Positions 1-14,124 of a stretch of 64,000 nt of DNA are shown here, one piece after another. The stretch's first letter is position 1, and each line of letters opens with the position of its first letter. The position numbers and the translations under genes were made by a program. The notes under the pieces are model-generated. The model ran no database searches and was not told the origin of the DNA. It saw nothing but the letters and a program-made list of their open reading frames with translations. Source of the stretch: Nymphaea colorata (Eukaryota); NCBI RefSeq assembly GCF_008831285.2, contig NC_045138.2, forward strand, positions 18,228,001 through 18,292,000. Reading direction: 5' to 3'.

Positions 1-118
1 CACCAAATTACTCCTAAAATCATAATTATAGTGTTAGATTGTAAAAGAATATTTTAATAATTAATTTTAATATATCTGTTTTTGATCTTTAACTTACATG
101 GTCTCACTTTTACCAACT

Positions 119-133
119 TCTCTCTCTCTCTCT

Positions 134-179
<46 letters not shown>
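119..179. repeat. (CT)n/(AT)n microsatellite
   Basis: Directly visible dinucleotide runs. Confidence 0.95.
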
Positions 180-181
<2 letters not shown>

Positions 182-673
182 GAAGTGTGAGATATAGAAA
201 TATAGCTGTTTTCCATCTCGGTATTTGCATGTCCACTTCATGGTTGAATAGAATTGCATCAAAAGTTCGTTTTGGTGCAATGGTGGGGATGGGGCAGATA
301 GGCGGTTAGTTTCCATTCGAACTCCCATGACATCAATCTTTTGTACTGCAAAAATAAATGTGCGGGTATGCAAATTGAAGCTTGGACATTGTTTCAATAC
401 ATAAAAAAACAAGCCCTGTCCTAGGAGGATGGGAAAGATGGTGGGTAGGGGATACTTGCCTTCAATCAGGTTGTAGGAATAGCCTTGAGTTTAGCCAAAA
501 ATCCATCTTGGTGAGTCATTGATTCCCCACCTGTAAAGCTTTGAGAGGTGCTGTATGGATGCATTCTCATAATAATAATAAGTTTTGGTGTTTTCGCCCA
601 GATCGGACGGTGGAATTCCGTAATTTTCTAACCCTGCATGCTTGTAAATTACAAGCACTTGTTGGGGGAACAC
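175..673 (-). pseudogene. Decayed fragment of a GT17 (beta-1,4-N-acetylglucosaminyltransferase / MGAT3-like) gene
   Basis: Minus-strand translations give 'YYYENASIQHLSKLYRWGINDSPRWIF' (491-673 ORF) and 'PKRTFDAILFNHEVDMQIPRWK' (~215-280). These resemble the plant GT17 motif 'HYYHENVSME.LCKLHGWGIRESPRRVFDAVLFSNE.D.L.IRWKELYP'. Stops and frameshifts are present. Confidence 0.7.
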
Positions 674-680
674 CCACGAA

Positions 681-1007
681 TAGGAAGAGAAACTTGTTTT
701 GAATTTTGATTAACATAAAAAACAAAAAATCATATCATTTTTTACTCTTTTCTTTAAATCATATTTTTGAGAAAAAGATGGGGAATGGAAAAGGAGAAAG
801 GGCCAATTGCGTCTTCCAAAGCAGCATTCATTTTGCTTCTTGTGCTGCACATTTTTCCATCTAAAGCATTCTTTTCCACAGCAACATGACTGTCCCCTTT
901 TCTCTTCTTCAACATTTTCTCATAATTATGGTTTAAAATATGAGAGTCGGAAGTGCTTTTCTTTCTTTCTGTTTTTTATGTTAATCAAAATTCAAAATGA
1001 CTTCCTT
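681..1007. repeat. Degenerate inverted repeat (hairpin), arms ~120 bp
   Basis: 'ttttgaattttgattaacataaaaaaca' (~697-724) is the reverse complement of 'tgttttttatgttaatcaaaattcaaaa' (~970-997). Weaker pairing continues inward (actct/tttaaatcata/tgagaaaa with ttttctca/tatggtttaaa/agagt). Confidence 0.7.
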
Positions 1008-1253
1008 GAATAAAGGATCTTATTGAATTGACTTAGCAGACCTCCGACCCGACAATGTGAGGAGATATGAAAGACGCCTCAGAGAATGAGGCTCAGGAAT
1101 TCTGAGAAATCCCACAGCCCTCCCCTGATTCATTCACCACTGATAAACTTTCAACTAATTTTACTACAGAGGGCTTCAAGCTTGTCATCTTTTTTTTAAT
1201 AATAAGCAGATTTTTTTACAATAAAAACTGGGATTTTTTTATACCAAGATAAG

Positions 1254-1275
1254 ATATATATATATATATATATAT

Positions 1276-1315
<40 letters not shown>
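1254..1315. repeat. (AT)n-(GT)n compound microsatellite
   Basis: Directly visible. Confidence 0.95.
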
Positions 1316-1317
<2 letters not shown>

Positions 1318-1672
1318 TTCTTGCATGAGTTTGATGCAAGTCCGTTTAATTTCCTCCAGCGGCGAATCCAGAGTTTGTGTTTGAGAGGTTTTTGTCTCCA
1401 AAAGGATGTAACCATTATGTTTGGCTTGATTTTCCTTTTCCCATTTTGTGATTTTTTTCACCAACGAAAACGTGCATTGCGAAGACAACAGAGCAAGTTA
1501 AAAAAATGAAATATGAAGCAAAAACAAAATTCAATTACGAAGAGCTTCATATGGACCTCGTACGAAGAAGCTCATTGTCCCCGAGTTTCATCCTACTTGG
1601 AAAGTGTGAAAACCTTCCAGCTCCTGAAATGTGTGTCCTGGCAAAAATTTCTGATTACTTCAAGCAATATGA

Positions 1673-2206
1673 TTATCAAAAGCAGAAGGCAATTCGGTAT
1701 CGGCTACAAATTCGTTTCAGTTTGAGAGTGCTTCTCAAGGTGATAGATGGGTTGCAGTTCTTTTGTAGCAAACTTTAAAGTTTAATCGTAGCTTTAGTTT
1801 AATCTGCTATGTTTGCTTTTGATATTTCTTTGATTGTTATACTCTTCAGCTTCTTTGTATTATACTTGGTTACCACCTAAAAGTTCAAAAAATAGAAACT
1901 ACCATTTTTTTCTGAGGGGAATTTCGGAAGATATACATCAAGATGGCATTCGGGGAAGCTTAGGATATCATAAAGGTTGGTAAATGTTAAATAATTTTTC
2001 TATTGATTCTGCTGCTTGTGCTCATCTTAGTCTGTGGGTACAGAAGAGATGAAAGCAGAGACCAATGAAACTATGGAGTGGTTATTACAAGAAATTGTGA
2101 AAGCTGCTGTCAGATCAGCACTATCTGCTGCAGCAATAAAAGCTAAACTCTTTTCAGATCATGATGAACATTATAGTAAATGAGTGCCAATATTGTCAAC
2201 CATCAG
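1673..2206 (+). pseudogene. SWI3C: Three-exon fragment of a SWI/SNF subunit SWI3C-like gene
   Basis: Exon ~2044-2206 reads 'EIVKAAVRSALSAAAIKAKLFSDHDEH', then after a frameshift 'SANIVNHQ|gt'. This matches the SWI3C C-terminal motif 'KVKAAAKAGL.AAA.KAKLFADHEEREIQRLSANIVNHQ'. Upstream exon-like pieces are at ~1673-1747 (donor apparently mutated) and ~1917-1975 (ends AAAG|gt). The expected next exon (LKRLELKLKQF) is absent. Confidence 0.8.
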
Positions 2207-3188
2207 GTTCATTGCTGCCCATGATTTGTTAAAACGCTCTGCATATCTGTTGCTTTGTACGAGACTGTAACTGTTGAATGAGCTTTTTGATATGAAGGTA
2301 GCAACGGACTTCTTCTCCATGCATGTGCTTTCTTTATCATTTTATTCCTTTATTTCCCTTGGTCACAGATTTGGTTCTCTCTACAGGTTGGTGTGATACG
2401 CATAAGCCCATCGGGAGGGTAGCGGCGGAAAGGTCTTCTACCGACCGAACAGCCGGAATGAGTTAAACTTCAGTTACGAAACTACGAAAATGCTTTATTT
2501 ACATCGCTCAATTAGCCCATATGTGGACTTAAGGAAATTCACGTACTACAGCAGAAGAGTGAAATTAGGTATTGAAATGTATGTCCGAGCATCACCATAA
2601 TTACGTGGAAATTTGAGTATAAGGACTCAAATATTTTGAAACTGTATATGGCAGTCAGTGTCTAGGCAAGTATGAAAATTTTGGATGCATGCATTTTCCA
2701 ACAATGAAGAAAGGTATGTCATAAAATTCTCGAAGAATGGTTCACCTCTGTCTCACTATGAATATTAAGGCACAACATATGGTCATGTCTTCTAACCACT
2801 CGGCTTTCCTTCTTCTTATATGCTTGAGCTAGAGCTCAAGAGCCAAGCTTTCCTCCTATAAGGTAGCATTTGATTATTTGATGAAAAAATATTTGGCATT
2901 AAAATCTCTGGTATTTAATACAGGTTCATTTGTGGGGTGGAACTAAAACTTCCTGGTCTTGATATTTTTCATCAAAACATCTTATTTTCATGTTTGATTC
3001 AATGCGACATAAAAATTCATTCTTGTCTCTTAGTTGTTGAAAAAAAGAAACTGTTCAAGCTAACATTCCATCCATGCAATTTTGTAGGAACTCCCATGAC
3101 CAGTGGCGAAGCCACATGGTGACTAGTGTGGCAACTGCCCACACCAGTCTCTTAAAATTTCTTTATTTTCAAATGGGCATCTTCAAAC

Positions 3189-3289
<101 letters not shown>

Positions 3290-4219
3290 AGGGTCCCACC
3301 AAATATGAGTATTTTTAATGATCTTAATTATAGAACAGAAGCAATCCCACGCTTGCCCCAAAAGAAAAATTATTAATGGGAGAAAATTTTCACAATCAAT
3401 TTTAGCATAAATAATTACAAACATTTCCATGCCATGCCAAAAGGATTCCCAAGAAAGATTAAACAACAATAACAAGCCCGAATGAAGTTAACATAAAGAA
3501 TGTTTTATAACAAAATAGTTTTTATAAGTATCTTAAGTTTTAACATGTTTCTATTTTATTTGAAATAATTTTTTAAGAAAAAAATTAAAGGGTCTAGGTT
3601 TCATCCCTGACCTAAGTGTCTAGCTTCTATCAGTTTTTCTAAATATATGAGTGATGGGTAGAAGCCAGACCAATAGGTCAGGGACAAAAACCAAGCCCAA
3701 TTAAATATGATATCTAAAGTGATTTTTTTAAAATCTAACCTTACCAATATAACCCTAAGTATAAGTTGATGCAAAATGTATATTAAGTTAATCATTTCTG
3801 TGTTTTCAATAGTGTTTTTACAATGAGCAAAAATGAATGGCTCATATATATATAATCATTTCTCTCCGTCTCTCCACACTCCCACACTCAAAAAGGACAC
3901 CAGTCCCTTTGTTTTTAATACATTCTCTTTTTCTAGCTAACCTTATAAATGATCTTTAAATCTAAAATACCGGGAACTTATAAAAAAAATATGTTTTTTA
4001 ATATGTAGATACAATTCTATAATTATTTTAATTTGCATTAATCATTTTGGTTTAACTCATCCTACATGTGTAGATATATGCAATGTGCCCAAGTTTCAAA
4101 CCTGGTATTCTATACCAAAAAAAAAAAAACAATGAAATCAAGTGAAGAAATATATCTATACAGCTTTTTAACAAATAAAATTATCATCTTATTGGAAAGG
4201 GAATAAAAGGAGATTAAGG

Positions 4220-4660
4220 TAACGATGTCAACGTCACCAATTTGGATTGGAGATATCCGACCAAACCATTCCGAAAAAAATTGGATATGGAAAAAAATTT
4301 AATCTCTAATTAAAAAATCAAATCGGACTTGGATTTGAGAAATGACATATAATTGAATTCATATATACATAAATATATGATGGGATTTAAATATGGATTT
4401 GCATTGGATTTATTTTTAAACCAATATCATGTATATAATTTTCTTACATTTTGAATGTAGGCCAAATTCGGCTAAAAAATTGGATTCAGATGTTTACATA
4501 AAATATTGGATTTGGATTGTGAAATCTGATTTCAAATTGAGATATGATTTTTTTCGTTTGAATTTCAATCTGAATTTGAATCCGAGAATGTGAACATCCA
4601 ATAAAATGGATACAGTCAAGAGTACATATCTCATTTGAATCTGATCTGTTGGCATCCCTA
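4220..4660. mobile_element. hAT-type MITE (copies 11234-11674, 19518-19921, inverted 47928-48318)
   Basis: TIRs TA(A/G)GGATGTCAA...TTGGCATCCCTA, resembling Ac/Ds TAGGGATG ends. The 8-bp TSD GATTAAGG is perfect around the 19518-19921 and 11234-11674 copies. Internal GGAT/ATCC-rich motifs. Confidence 0.8.
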
Positions 4661-5001
4661 GATTAAAGACATCGAACATCAATGAATAATATTGCACACA
4701 AAAATTGGGATAGTAATTACATTCAAAAGAAGGTGGACATGATTTCCAATAAAAAAAATTGTGAGAATTTTATTTAGTATCAAATCAGTTAAATTGTTTG
4801 TCAACATCTTGAGGGTATATATATATATATATATACATGTATACTGAAATGAGATTCACTTTTAACAGACCAACCTAGGCCGTCCAACCCTGCACCACTA
4901 CTAAAACCCCCTCCTTCCCCTCTTCAATAAAGCAGAGGGTTGCGTCAGTGTTTGACGTAGCGACAATACTATCAATTAGATACCCAGGTTCACCTCATAT
5001 G

Positions 5002-5439
5002 TAGGGATGTCAATGTATTTGATTTGGATCAGATGTCCAACAGAACCATTCCAAAAAATTTGGATATGAAGGAACATGTAATATCTGATTAAAAACATAG
5101 TTCGTATTTGGATTTAAGAAATGACATCTGATTGGATTCAGAGACAAATTCAGATATAAATAAATGTCCTATTAGATATGGATTCAGATCAAATTATTAT
5201 TTTTTAACTTATATCCCATATCCGATACTCTTACATTTTTAAAGCTGGCCAAATTCGGTTCAAAATTTAGACTTGGACATAAATGTAACATTTAGATTCA
5301 AATTACGAAATTGCTTTTCAGGTTCAAATGCAGATGTGGCTTTTTTTAGTTTGTATTGGGATGTGAGTTTGAAAATATCTGCAAAATCAGATACGGTTAA
5401 AGGTATATTTGAGTTGAATCCAATCAGTTGACATCCCTG
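5002..5439. mobile_element. hAT-type MITE of the same family, repeated in every array unit and inverted at ~47060-47493
   Basis: TIRs TAGGGATGTCAA...TTGACATCCCTG, with degenerate 8-bp flanks CTCATATG / (C/T)TCATACA. Confidence 0.75.
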
Positions 5440-5497
5440 TTCATACACCACAAAGATATAATGCTGGCTAATGATGGAAGACCTTAGGACAATAAAT

Positions 5498-6095
5498 AAA
5501 GGTAAAACTAAAAGATAATTTATCAATATTTTCATTTAGTAATGAAATCTTATTAAAATTAGAAATAAAAAGGTAAGAATAGAACATAATTTATGTATCT
5601 TTTCACTTAGAAAAGAAATCTTATTAGAACTTGGAAATAAAAAATATAGGATTAAAAATAATTTTTTCATCTTTCATTTAGGAAAGAAATCTTATTGACA
5701 ATTGGAATTCTACAAACTGGTGATACACATATAAAATGGAAAATCCACCCTTGGCACCACCACTATCCACGGGGATGATAGAGAATCCTAAGCTTCTTAG
5801 GACATTCATCCACAAATCTACTCCATTCTCCCTTTAAATATTTTATTTAAAGTGTTTTTTTTTTAAATCAAACTAACTTACCAATGTGATCTTAAAAATA
5901 GGTTGAGGCGGCGGTCCACCTGTTTTAATAGTGCTATATAATATGCAAAAATGAGTTGGTCTCAAAGCATCTACTTTTCGTAAAAAAAAATCGATACTTT
6001 TCATAAAAACAACTTGATTCAAAACATGTTTTATGTCGAAATAGTTTTCATAATTATATTAGGATGTTTATCTTTTATTTAAGATAACTTTTAGC
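5498..6095 (+). promoter_or_regulatory. AT-rich 'cassette C' found upstream of hairpins; putative promoter or repeat
   Basis: Three internal ~80-bp repeats (ttttcatttag..gaaatcttatta..ttggaa) followed by a TATAAAA motif ('catataaaatggaaaatcc') and 'ggcaccaccacta'. Copies occur in all array units, at 59313-59917, and inverted (first half only) at ~46650-46975. Promoter function is inference only. Confidence 0.35.
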
Positions 6096-6432
6096 AAAAT
6101 AGAAAAGGGTCTAACAATTGTACTCCAATCTATGGTGTGGCTGACAACCAGTTTTATCGGGCCTGGTTTCTTTCGTGTATTAACCGGTGTTGCAGTTTAG
6201 ATGATCTTGAAGCTAGCCCTGGATTGTTTATGTCATTTATGGTTTATTCCGAACGACGGGCAAGATCGGGTGTAGCTCATACGAGGCGAGTATGTAGAGT
6301 ACTTAGAATCAATTGGAAAAAATTAATCCTGCCTATGGTGAGGCGGCAGTCCAGTTTAATTGGCCCCGGTTTCTTTCATGTAGTAACTGGTGTTGCAGTT
6401 TAGCTGAGCCAAAAGCCAGCCCTGGATTGTTC

Positions 6433-7168
6433 ATCCTGTTCCTAAAGAAGGTTCATATCATTGAAGTTCACTACCTTTTGTTCCATCCGACTTGGATTCA
6501 TTGTGACTTGATTTCTAGATTCGGAGCTAACTAATATGAAGTTTAGCTTTATCTAAGGCACATGTTGAGTCAGAAGTTTCCTCAACAACAATTAGGTGTT
6601 CCATGGCCAATAGAACCTCAACACTTTGAGCACGATTCTTATTCGAAATGGACATCAAACTATCTGGCATGACCCTCTTCCTGAGTTGATGCTCTTTGGT
6701 CATGTGTTCTTCTTCCTTTGGTTGGCTGGAAATCCGGATAGCAATCCCTGCATTACTTTTGTGAGTGGATACTAAAAACAACTTTTCAAGTAGCTTCCGA
6801 TTGTGTAGTCAAGTTGTTCTCAGAATCCACACAGAAAAGTATTGCAGGGATTGCAATCTGGATTTCCGGCGAACAAATGCCAGAAGAACACATGACCAAA
6901 GAGCATCAAATCAGGAAGAGGGTCATGCCAGATGGCTTGATGTCCATTTCAAAGAAAAATCGTGCTCAAGAAGAAGTGTTGAGGTTTTATTGGCCATGGA
7001 ACACCTAATTGTTGTTGAGGAAATTTGTGACTCGACATGTGCCTCAGATAAAGCAAAACTTTATCTCAGTTAGCTCCAAATCTAGAAATCATGTCACAAT
7101 GAATCCAAGCTGGATGGGACAAAAGGAAGTGAACTTCAATGATCTGAACCTTCTTCAAGAAGAAGATT
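6433..7168. ncRNA. Long hairpin copy 1 (arms 6433-6784 / 6811-7168, 26-nt loop); candidate hairpin-siRNA precursor
   Basis: For example 'caacaacaattaggtgttccatggccaata' and 'tattggccatggaacacctaattgttgttg' are exact reverse complements, and pairing extends ~350 bp. The IR is certain; an RNA product is inferred. Confidence 0.6.
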
Positions 7169-9263
7169 TGAAAAATATCTTCTTTCTGTGTGGAGACCCA
7201 AATAAGAATTAGATAGATTTGCTTTATGTGGAATCTTTTCCTATTCACATGGTTCTCCTTGTTTATATATTGTAAGATAATCGTTTCTTCTCTGGTTATT
7301 GTAAGGCGTATCTTAAAGAGAGAGGCATGCGATAAGGGAAAAGCAAGTCGTTTAAATTTAACTATTCTGTCTTCCCTCTTTAAGTAATAAAGGTCAGGAA
7401 ATTTTATGTTTATTTCAAAAAGTAAACTCAAAATTGTATTTGGTAATTAATATATTATTGCCGTTATAGTAACCTTTAAAAATTTTAATAAGTTTTATTT
7501 GAGGTTTTAATCGGGAGATTTCGTGTCCTAGATCCCTGACCAAGTTTCTGTGTTGAAATTTTTACGTGCCGAACTCGGGTCAAGCATTGATGGCTGGTCC
7601 GTACTTATATCGGTAAGACTTAAGAGGCAGGCCTTGATGTGCACAGTTAAACTACATACTGCTGTGCATACGGGGTAGGATGAGCCCGACATCTCAACAT
7701 TCTCACAAATATATCTGTTCGACTTATTTAACAGTCCGACATCGAACGGTTTTTTGACAAATAAGGCACAGGGTTGCATCTGTGTTTGACGTAGCGACAA
7801 CACTATCAATTACATACCGAGGTTCACCTCATATGTGGGGATGTCAATGTATTTGATTTGGATCAGATGCCCAACAGAGCCATTCCAAAAAATTTGGCTA
7901 TGAAGGAGAATTTAATACCTGATTAGAAACAAGGTCATGTTTGGATTTAAGAAATGACATGTGATTGGATTCAGATACAAATTTAGATATAAATAAACAT
8001 CCTATTAGAGACGGATTCAGATCAAATAATTTTTTTTAAACTTATATCTCATATCCGATACTCTAACATTTTTTAAGCTGGTCAAATTTGGTTCAATATT
8101 CAGATTTGGTTATAATTGTAACATTTAGATTCAGATTATGCAATCGGTTTCCAGGTTCGAATTCAGACGTGACTTTTCTAAGTTTGAATTACGATGTGAG
8201 TTTGTAAATATCTACAAAATTGGATATGGTTAAAGGTATATTTGAGTTGAATATGATCAGTTGACATCCCTGTTCGTACACCACAAAGATATAATGCTGG
8301 TCAACAATGGAAGATCTTAGGACAATAAATAAAGGTAAAACTAAAAGTTAATTTATCAATATTTTCATTTAGTAATGAAATCTAATTAAAATTGGAATTA
8401 AAAAGGTAAGAATACAACATAATTTATGAATCTTTTCATTTAGAAAATAAATCTTATTAGAACTTGGAAATTAAAAATGTAGGATTAAAATCAACCTATT
8501 CATCTTTCATTTAGGAAAGAAATGTTATTGACAATTGGAATTCAACAAACTGATGATACACATATAAAATGGAAAATCCACTGATGGCACCACCACTATT
8601 CATGGGGATGATAGAGAATCCTAAGCTTCTTGGGGCACTCATCCGTAGATCTACTCCATTCTCCCTTAAAATATTATATTTAAAATGTTTTTTTTTGAAA
8701 TCTAACTAACTTACCAATGTGATCTTAAAGATAGTTTGAGGAGGCGGTCCACCTGTTTTAGCAGTGCTCTATAATAAGGAAAAATGAGTCGCTCTCAAAG
8801 CATCACCATTTTGGTAAAAAAAAAAAAAGATATTCTTCATAAAAGTAACTTGATTCAAAACATGTTTTATATCAAAGTAATTTTCATAATTATATAAGGA
8901 TGCTTATCTTTTATTTAAGATAACCTTTAGCAAAATATAAAAGGGTCTGACAATTGTACTCCAATCTGTGGTGAGGCGGCCGTCCAATTTAATCGGGCCT
9001 GGTTTCTTTCGTGTAGTAACTGGTGTTGCAGTTTAGATGAGCCTGAAGCTAGCCATGGATTGTTTATGTCATTTATGGTTTGTTCCCAATGACAGGCAAG
9101 ATCAGGTGTAACTTAGGCGAGTATGTAGAGTACTTAGAATCAATTGGAAAAAATGAATCCTGCCTATGGTGAGGCGGTCGTCCAGTTTAATTGGGCTTGA
9201 TTTCTTACATTTAGTAACTCGTGTTGCAGTTTAGCTGAGCCAAAAGCGAGCCCTCGATTGTTT

Positions 9264-9997
9264 ATCTTGTTCCTAAAGAAGTTTCATATAAATGAAGTTT
9301 ACTACCTTTTGTTCCATCAGGCTTGGATTCACTTTGACCTGATTTCTAGATTTGGAGCTAACTGGGATAAAGTTGAGCTTTACCTAAGGCACACGTTGAG
9401 TCATAAGTTTCCTCAACAACAATTAGGTGTTCCATGGCCAATAGAACCTCACACTTTGAGCACGATTCTTGTTTGAAATGGGCATCAAACTATCTGGTAC
9501 GACCATCTTTCTGAGTCGATGCTCCTTGGTCATGTGTTCCTCTTCCTTTGGTTGGCTGGAAATCCGGATAGGAATCCCTGCACTGCTTTAGTGTGTGGAT
9601 ACTAAAGACAACTTTTCAAATAGCTTCCGATTGCGTAGTCAAGTTGTTTTCAGTATTCACACACAAAAGAAATGCAAGGATTGCAACCGCGATTTCCGGA
9701 AAATCAATGGCCGAAGAACACATGACCAAAGAGCATCAAATTAGGAAGAGGGTGATGCCAGATAGTTTGATGTCCATTTCAAACAACAATCGTGCTCAAC
9801 AAAAAGTGTTGAGGTTCTATTGGCCATGGAACACCTAATTGTTGTTGAGAAAATTTCTGACACAACGTGTGCCTCAGATAAAGCTAAACTTTATCTCAGT
9901 TAGCTCCAAATGTAGAAATCTTGTCACAATGAATCCAAGCCAGATGGAACAAAAGGAATTGAACTTCAATGATATGAACCTTCTTTGAGAAGAAGAT
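9264..9997. ncRNA. Long hairpin copy 2 (loop 9615-9640)
   Basis: Same inverted repeat as copy 1. Confidence 0.6.
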
Positions 9998-11834
9998 TTG
10001 ACAAATATCTTCTTTCAGTGAGGAGACCAAATAAGAATTGGATAGATTTGGTTTATGTGGAATCTTTTCCTATTCACATAGTTCTCCTTGTTTATATATT
10101 GTAAGATAATTGTTTCTTCTCTGGTAATTGTAAGGTGTATCTTAAAGTGAGAGACTTTCGATAAGGGAAAATCAAGTCGTTTAAATTTAACTTTTCTGTC
10201 TTCCCACTTTAAGAAATAAAGGTCAGGAAATTTTATGCTCATTTTGAAAAGTAAACTCAAAATTGTAGTTGGTAATTAATATATTATTGTTGTTATAATA
10301 ACCATTAACAATTTTAATAAGTTTTATTTGAGGTTTTAATTGGGAGATTTGGGTTGTTGTAGAATGCGGGTACAACATTACTCGGGTCGGGTCCCAGATC
10401 CCAGACCAAGTTTCTGTGTTGAAATTTTAACGTGTCGAACTCGCGTCAGGCCTTGACGGGCTGGTCCGAACATATATCGTTAAGACCTAAGAGGCAGGGC
10501 TTGATGTGCACAGTTATACTACATAGTGTCGTCCATATAGGATAGTATGAGCCCGACATCTCAACATTTTCACTAATATATCTCTTTGACTTATTTAACA
10601 GTCTGACATCGAACTGTTTATTGACAAATAAGGCACAGGGTAGCATCCGTGTTTGATGTAGCGACAACACTATCAATTAGATACCAAGGTTCACCTCATA
10701 TGTAGGAATCTCAATGTATTTGATTTGGATCAGATGTTCAACAGAACCATTCCAAAAAATTTGGATATGAAGGAAAATTTAATATCTGATTAAAAAAACA
10801 GATCATATTTGGATTTAAGAAATGACATCTGATTGGATTCAGATACAAATTCAGATATAAATAAATATACTATTACATACGGATTCAGATCAAAATATTT
10901 TTTTAAACTTATTTTCCATATCCGATACTCTTACATTTTTAAAGCTGGTCAAATTCGGTTCAAAATTCAGATTTTCATATAAATGTAACATTTAAAAACA
11001 GATACGATTAAAGGTATATTTGAGATGAATCCAATCAGTTGACATCCCCATTCATACACCACAAGGATATAATGCTGGCTAATAATGTATAGATATATGC
11101 AATGTGCCCAAGTTTCAAACCTGGTATTCTATACCAAAAAAAACAATGAAATCAAGTGAAGAAATATATCTATATAACATCTTAACAAATAAAATTATCA
11201 TCTTATTTGAAAGGGTAAAACAGGAGATTAAGGAAAGGATGTCAATGTGTCCAATTTGGACTGGGGATATCCGAACAAACCATTCCGAAAAAAATTGGAT
11301 ATGGAAAAAAAATTAATATCTAATAAAAAAATCAAATCAGATTTGTATTTGAGAAATGACATATAATTGACCTCATATATACATAATATAAAGTGGGATT
11401 TAAATATGGATTTTTATTGGATTTATTTTTAAACCAATATCATGTATCTAATTCTCTTACATTTTGAATGTAGGCCAAATTCGGTAAAAAAGTTGGATTC
11501 AGATGTTTATATAAAATATTGGATTAGGATTGTGAAATCTGATTTCAAATTGAGATATGATTTTTCTTCGTTAGTATTTCAATCTGAATTTGAATCCGAG
11601 AATGCGAACATCCAATAAAATAGATACAGTCAAGAGTATATATCTCATTTGAATCCGATCTGTTGGCATCCCCAGATTAAGGACATCGAACATCAATGAA
11701 TAATATTGCACAAAAAAATTGTGATTTAATTATTTTCAAAAGGCATGATGAAGGTGGACATGATTTCCAATAAAAAAAATTATGAGAACTTTACTTAGTA
11801 TCAAATCAGTTGAATTGTTTGTCAACATCTTGTG

Positions 11835-11866
<32 letters not shown>

Positions 11867-11916
11867 CTGTAATGACATTCACTTTTAACTGACCAACCTA
11901 GGATGTCCAACCCTCC

Positions 11917-14124
11917 AACACAACTTGTGTTGCCATTCACAAATCTAATTGCATGAGAACTAAAACCCCCTCCTTCCCCTCACCAATAAGGCAGAGGGTT
12001 GCATATGTGTTTGACTTAGCGACAAAACTATCAATTAGATAACCAGGTTCACCTCATATGTAGGGATGTCAACGTATTTGATTTGGATAAGATGTCCAAC
12101 AGAACCAATCCAAAAAATTTGGATATGAAGGAAAATTTAATATCTGATAAAAAAAAACATTTCCTATTTGGATTTAAGAAATGATATCTGATTGGATTCA
12201 GATACAAATTCAGATATAAATAAATGTCCAATTAGATATGGATTCAGATCAAATTATTTTTTTTAAACTTATATCCCATATCCGATACTCTTACATTTTT
12301 AAAGCTGGCCAAATTCGGTTCAAAATTTAGATTTGGACACAATTGTAACATTTAAATTCAGATTATGAAATTGGTTTTCAGGTACGAATTCAGATGTGAC
12401 TTTTTTTAGTTTGAATTAGGATGTGAGTTTAAAAATATCTGCAAAATCAGATACAATTAAAGGTATATTTCAGTTGAATCTGATCAGTTGACATCTCTGT
12501 TTATACATCACAAAGATATAATACTGGCTAATAATGGAAGACCTTAGGAAAATAAGTAAAGGTAAAACTAAAACATAATTTATCAATATTTTCATTTAGT
12601 AATGAAATCTTATTAAAATTGGAAATAAAAAGGTAAGAATAGAACATAATTTATGTATCTTTTCATTTAGAAAAGAAATCTTATTAGAACTTGGAAATAT
12701 AAAATATAGGATTAAAAATAATTTATTCATCTTTCACTTAGGAAAGAAATCTTAGGTACAATTGGAATTCTACAAACTGGTGATACACATATAAAATGGA
12801 AAATCCACCCTTGGCACCACCACTATTCATAGGGATGATAGAGAATCCTAAGCTTCTCGGGGCATTCATCCATAGATCTACTCCATTCTTCCTTTAAATA
12901 TTATATTTAAAGTGTTTTTTTTATTTAAATAACTTACCAATGTGATCTTAGAGATAGGTTCAGGCAGCCGTCCTCCTGTTTTAATAGTGCTATATAATAT
13001 GCAAAAATGAGTTGCTCTCAAACACAACTTGTGTTGCCATTCACAAATCTAATTGCATGAGAACTAAAACCCCCTCCTTCCCCTCACCAATAAGGCAGAG
13101 GGTTGCATATGTGTTTGACGTAGCGACAAAACTATCAATTTGATAAGCAGGTTCACCTCATATGTAGGGATGTCAACGTATTTGATTTGGATAAGATGTC
13201 CAACAGAACCAATCCAAAAAATTTGGATATGAAGGAAAATTTAATATCTGATAAAAAAAACATTTCCTATTTGGATTTAAGAAATGACATCTGATTGGAT
13301 TCAGATACAAATTCAGATATAAATAAATGTCCAATTAGATATGGATTCAGATCAAATTATTTTTTTTAAACTTATATCCCATATCCGATACTCTTACATT
13401 TTTAAAGCTGGCCAAATTCGGTTCAAAATTTAGATTTGGACACAATTGTAACATTTAAATTCAGATTATGAAATTGGTTTTCAGGTACGAATTCAGATGT
13501 GACTTTTTTTAGTTTGAATTAGGATGTGAGTTTGAAAATATCTGCAAAATCAGATACAGTTAAAGGTATATTTCAGTTGAATCTGATCAGTTGACATCTC
13601 TGTTTATGCATCACAAAGATATAATACTGGCTAATAATGGAAGACCTTAGGAAAATAAGTAAAGGTAAAACTAAAACATAATTTATCAATATTTTCATTT
13701 AGTAATGAAATCTTATTAAAATTGGAAATAAAAAGGTAAGAATAGAACATAATTTATGTATCTTTTCATTTAGAAAAGAAATCTTATTAGAACTTGGAAA
13801 TATAAAATATAGGATTAAAAATAATTTATTCATCTTTCACTTAGGAAAGAAATCTTAGGTACAATTGGAATTCTACAAACTGGTGATACACATATAAAAT
13901 GGAAAATCCACCCTTGGCACCACCACTATTCACAGGGATGATAGAGAATCCTAAGCTTCTCGGGGCATTCATCCATAGATCTACTCCATTCTTCCTTTAA
14001 ATATTATATTTAAAGTGTTTTTTTTTATTTAAATAACTTACCAATGTGATCTTAGAGATAGGTTCAGGCAGCCGTCCTCCTGTTTTAATAGTGCTATATA
14101 ATATGCAAAAATGAGTTGCTCTCA
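11917..14124. repeat. Near-identical tandem duplication, period ~1104 bp (MITE2 + cassette C, no hairpin)
   Basis: 'aacacaacttgtgttgccattcacaaatc' starts at both 11917 and 13021, and the two units differ at only a few bases. Confidence 0.9.

Noticed and set aside
6765..7212. Repeated short ORFs in the hairpin arms as a peptide gene family
   Set aside because: Starts and stops differ between copies, no recognisable domain, and they recur only because the DNA is repeated.
10010..10031. Possible miR2275 target site (…GAGGAGACCAAA) just 3' of hairpin 2
   Set aside because: Only ~12 nt resemble the expected site, the rest does not pair, and the motif is not conserved in copies 1, 4 and 5.
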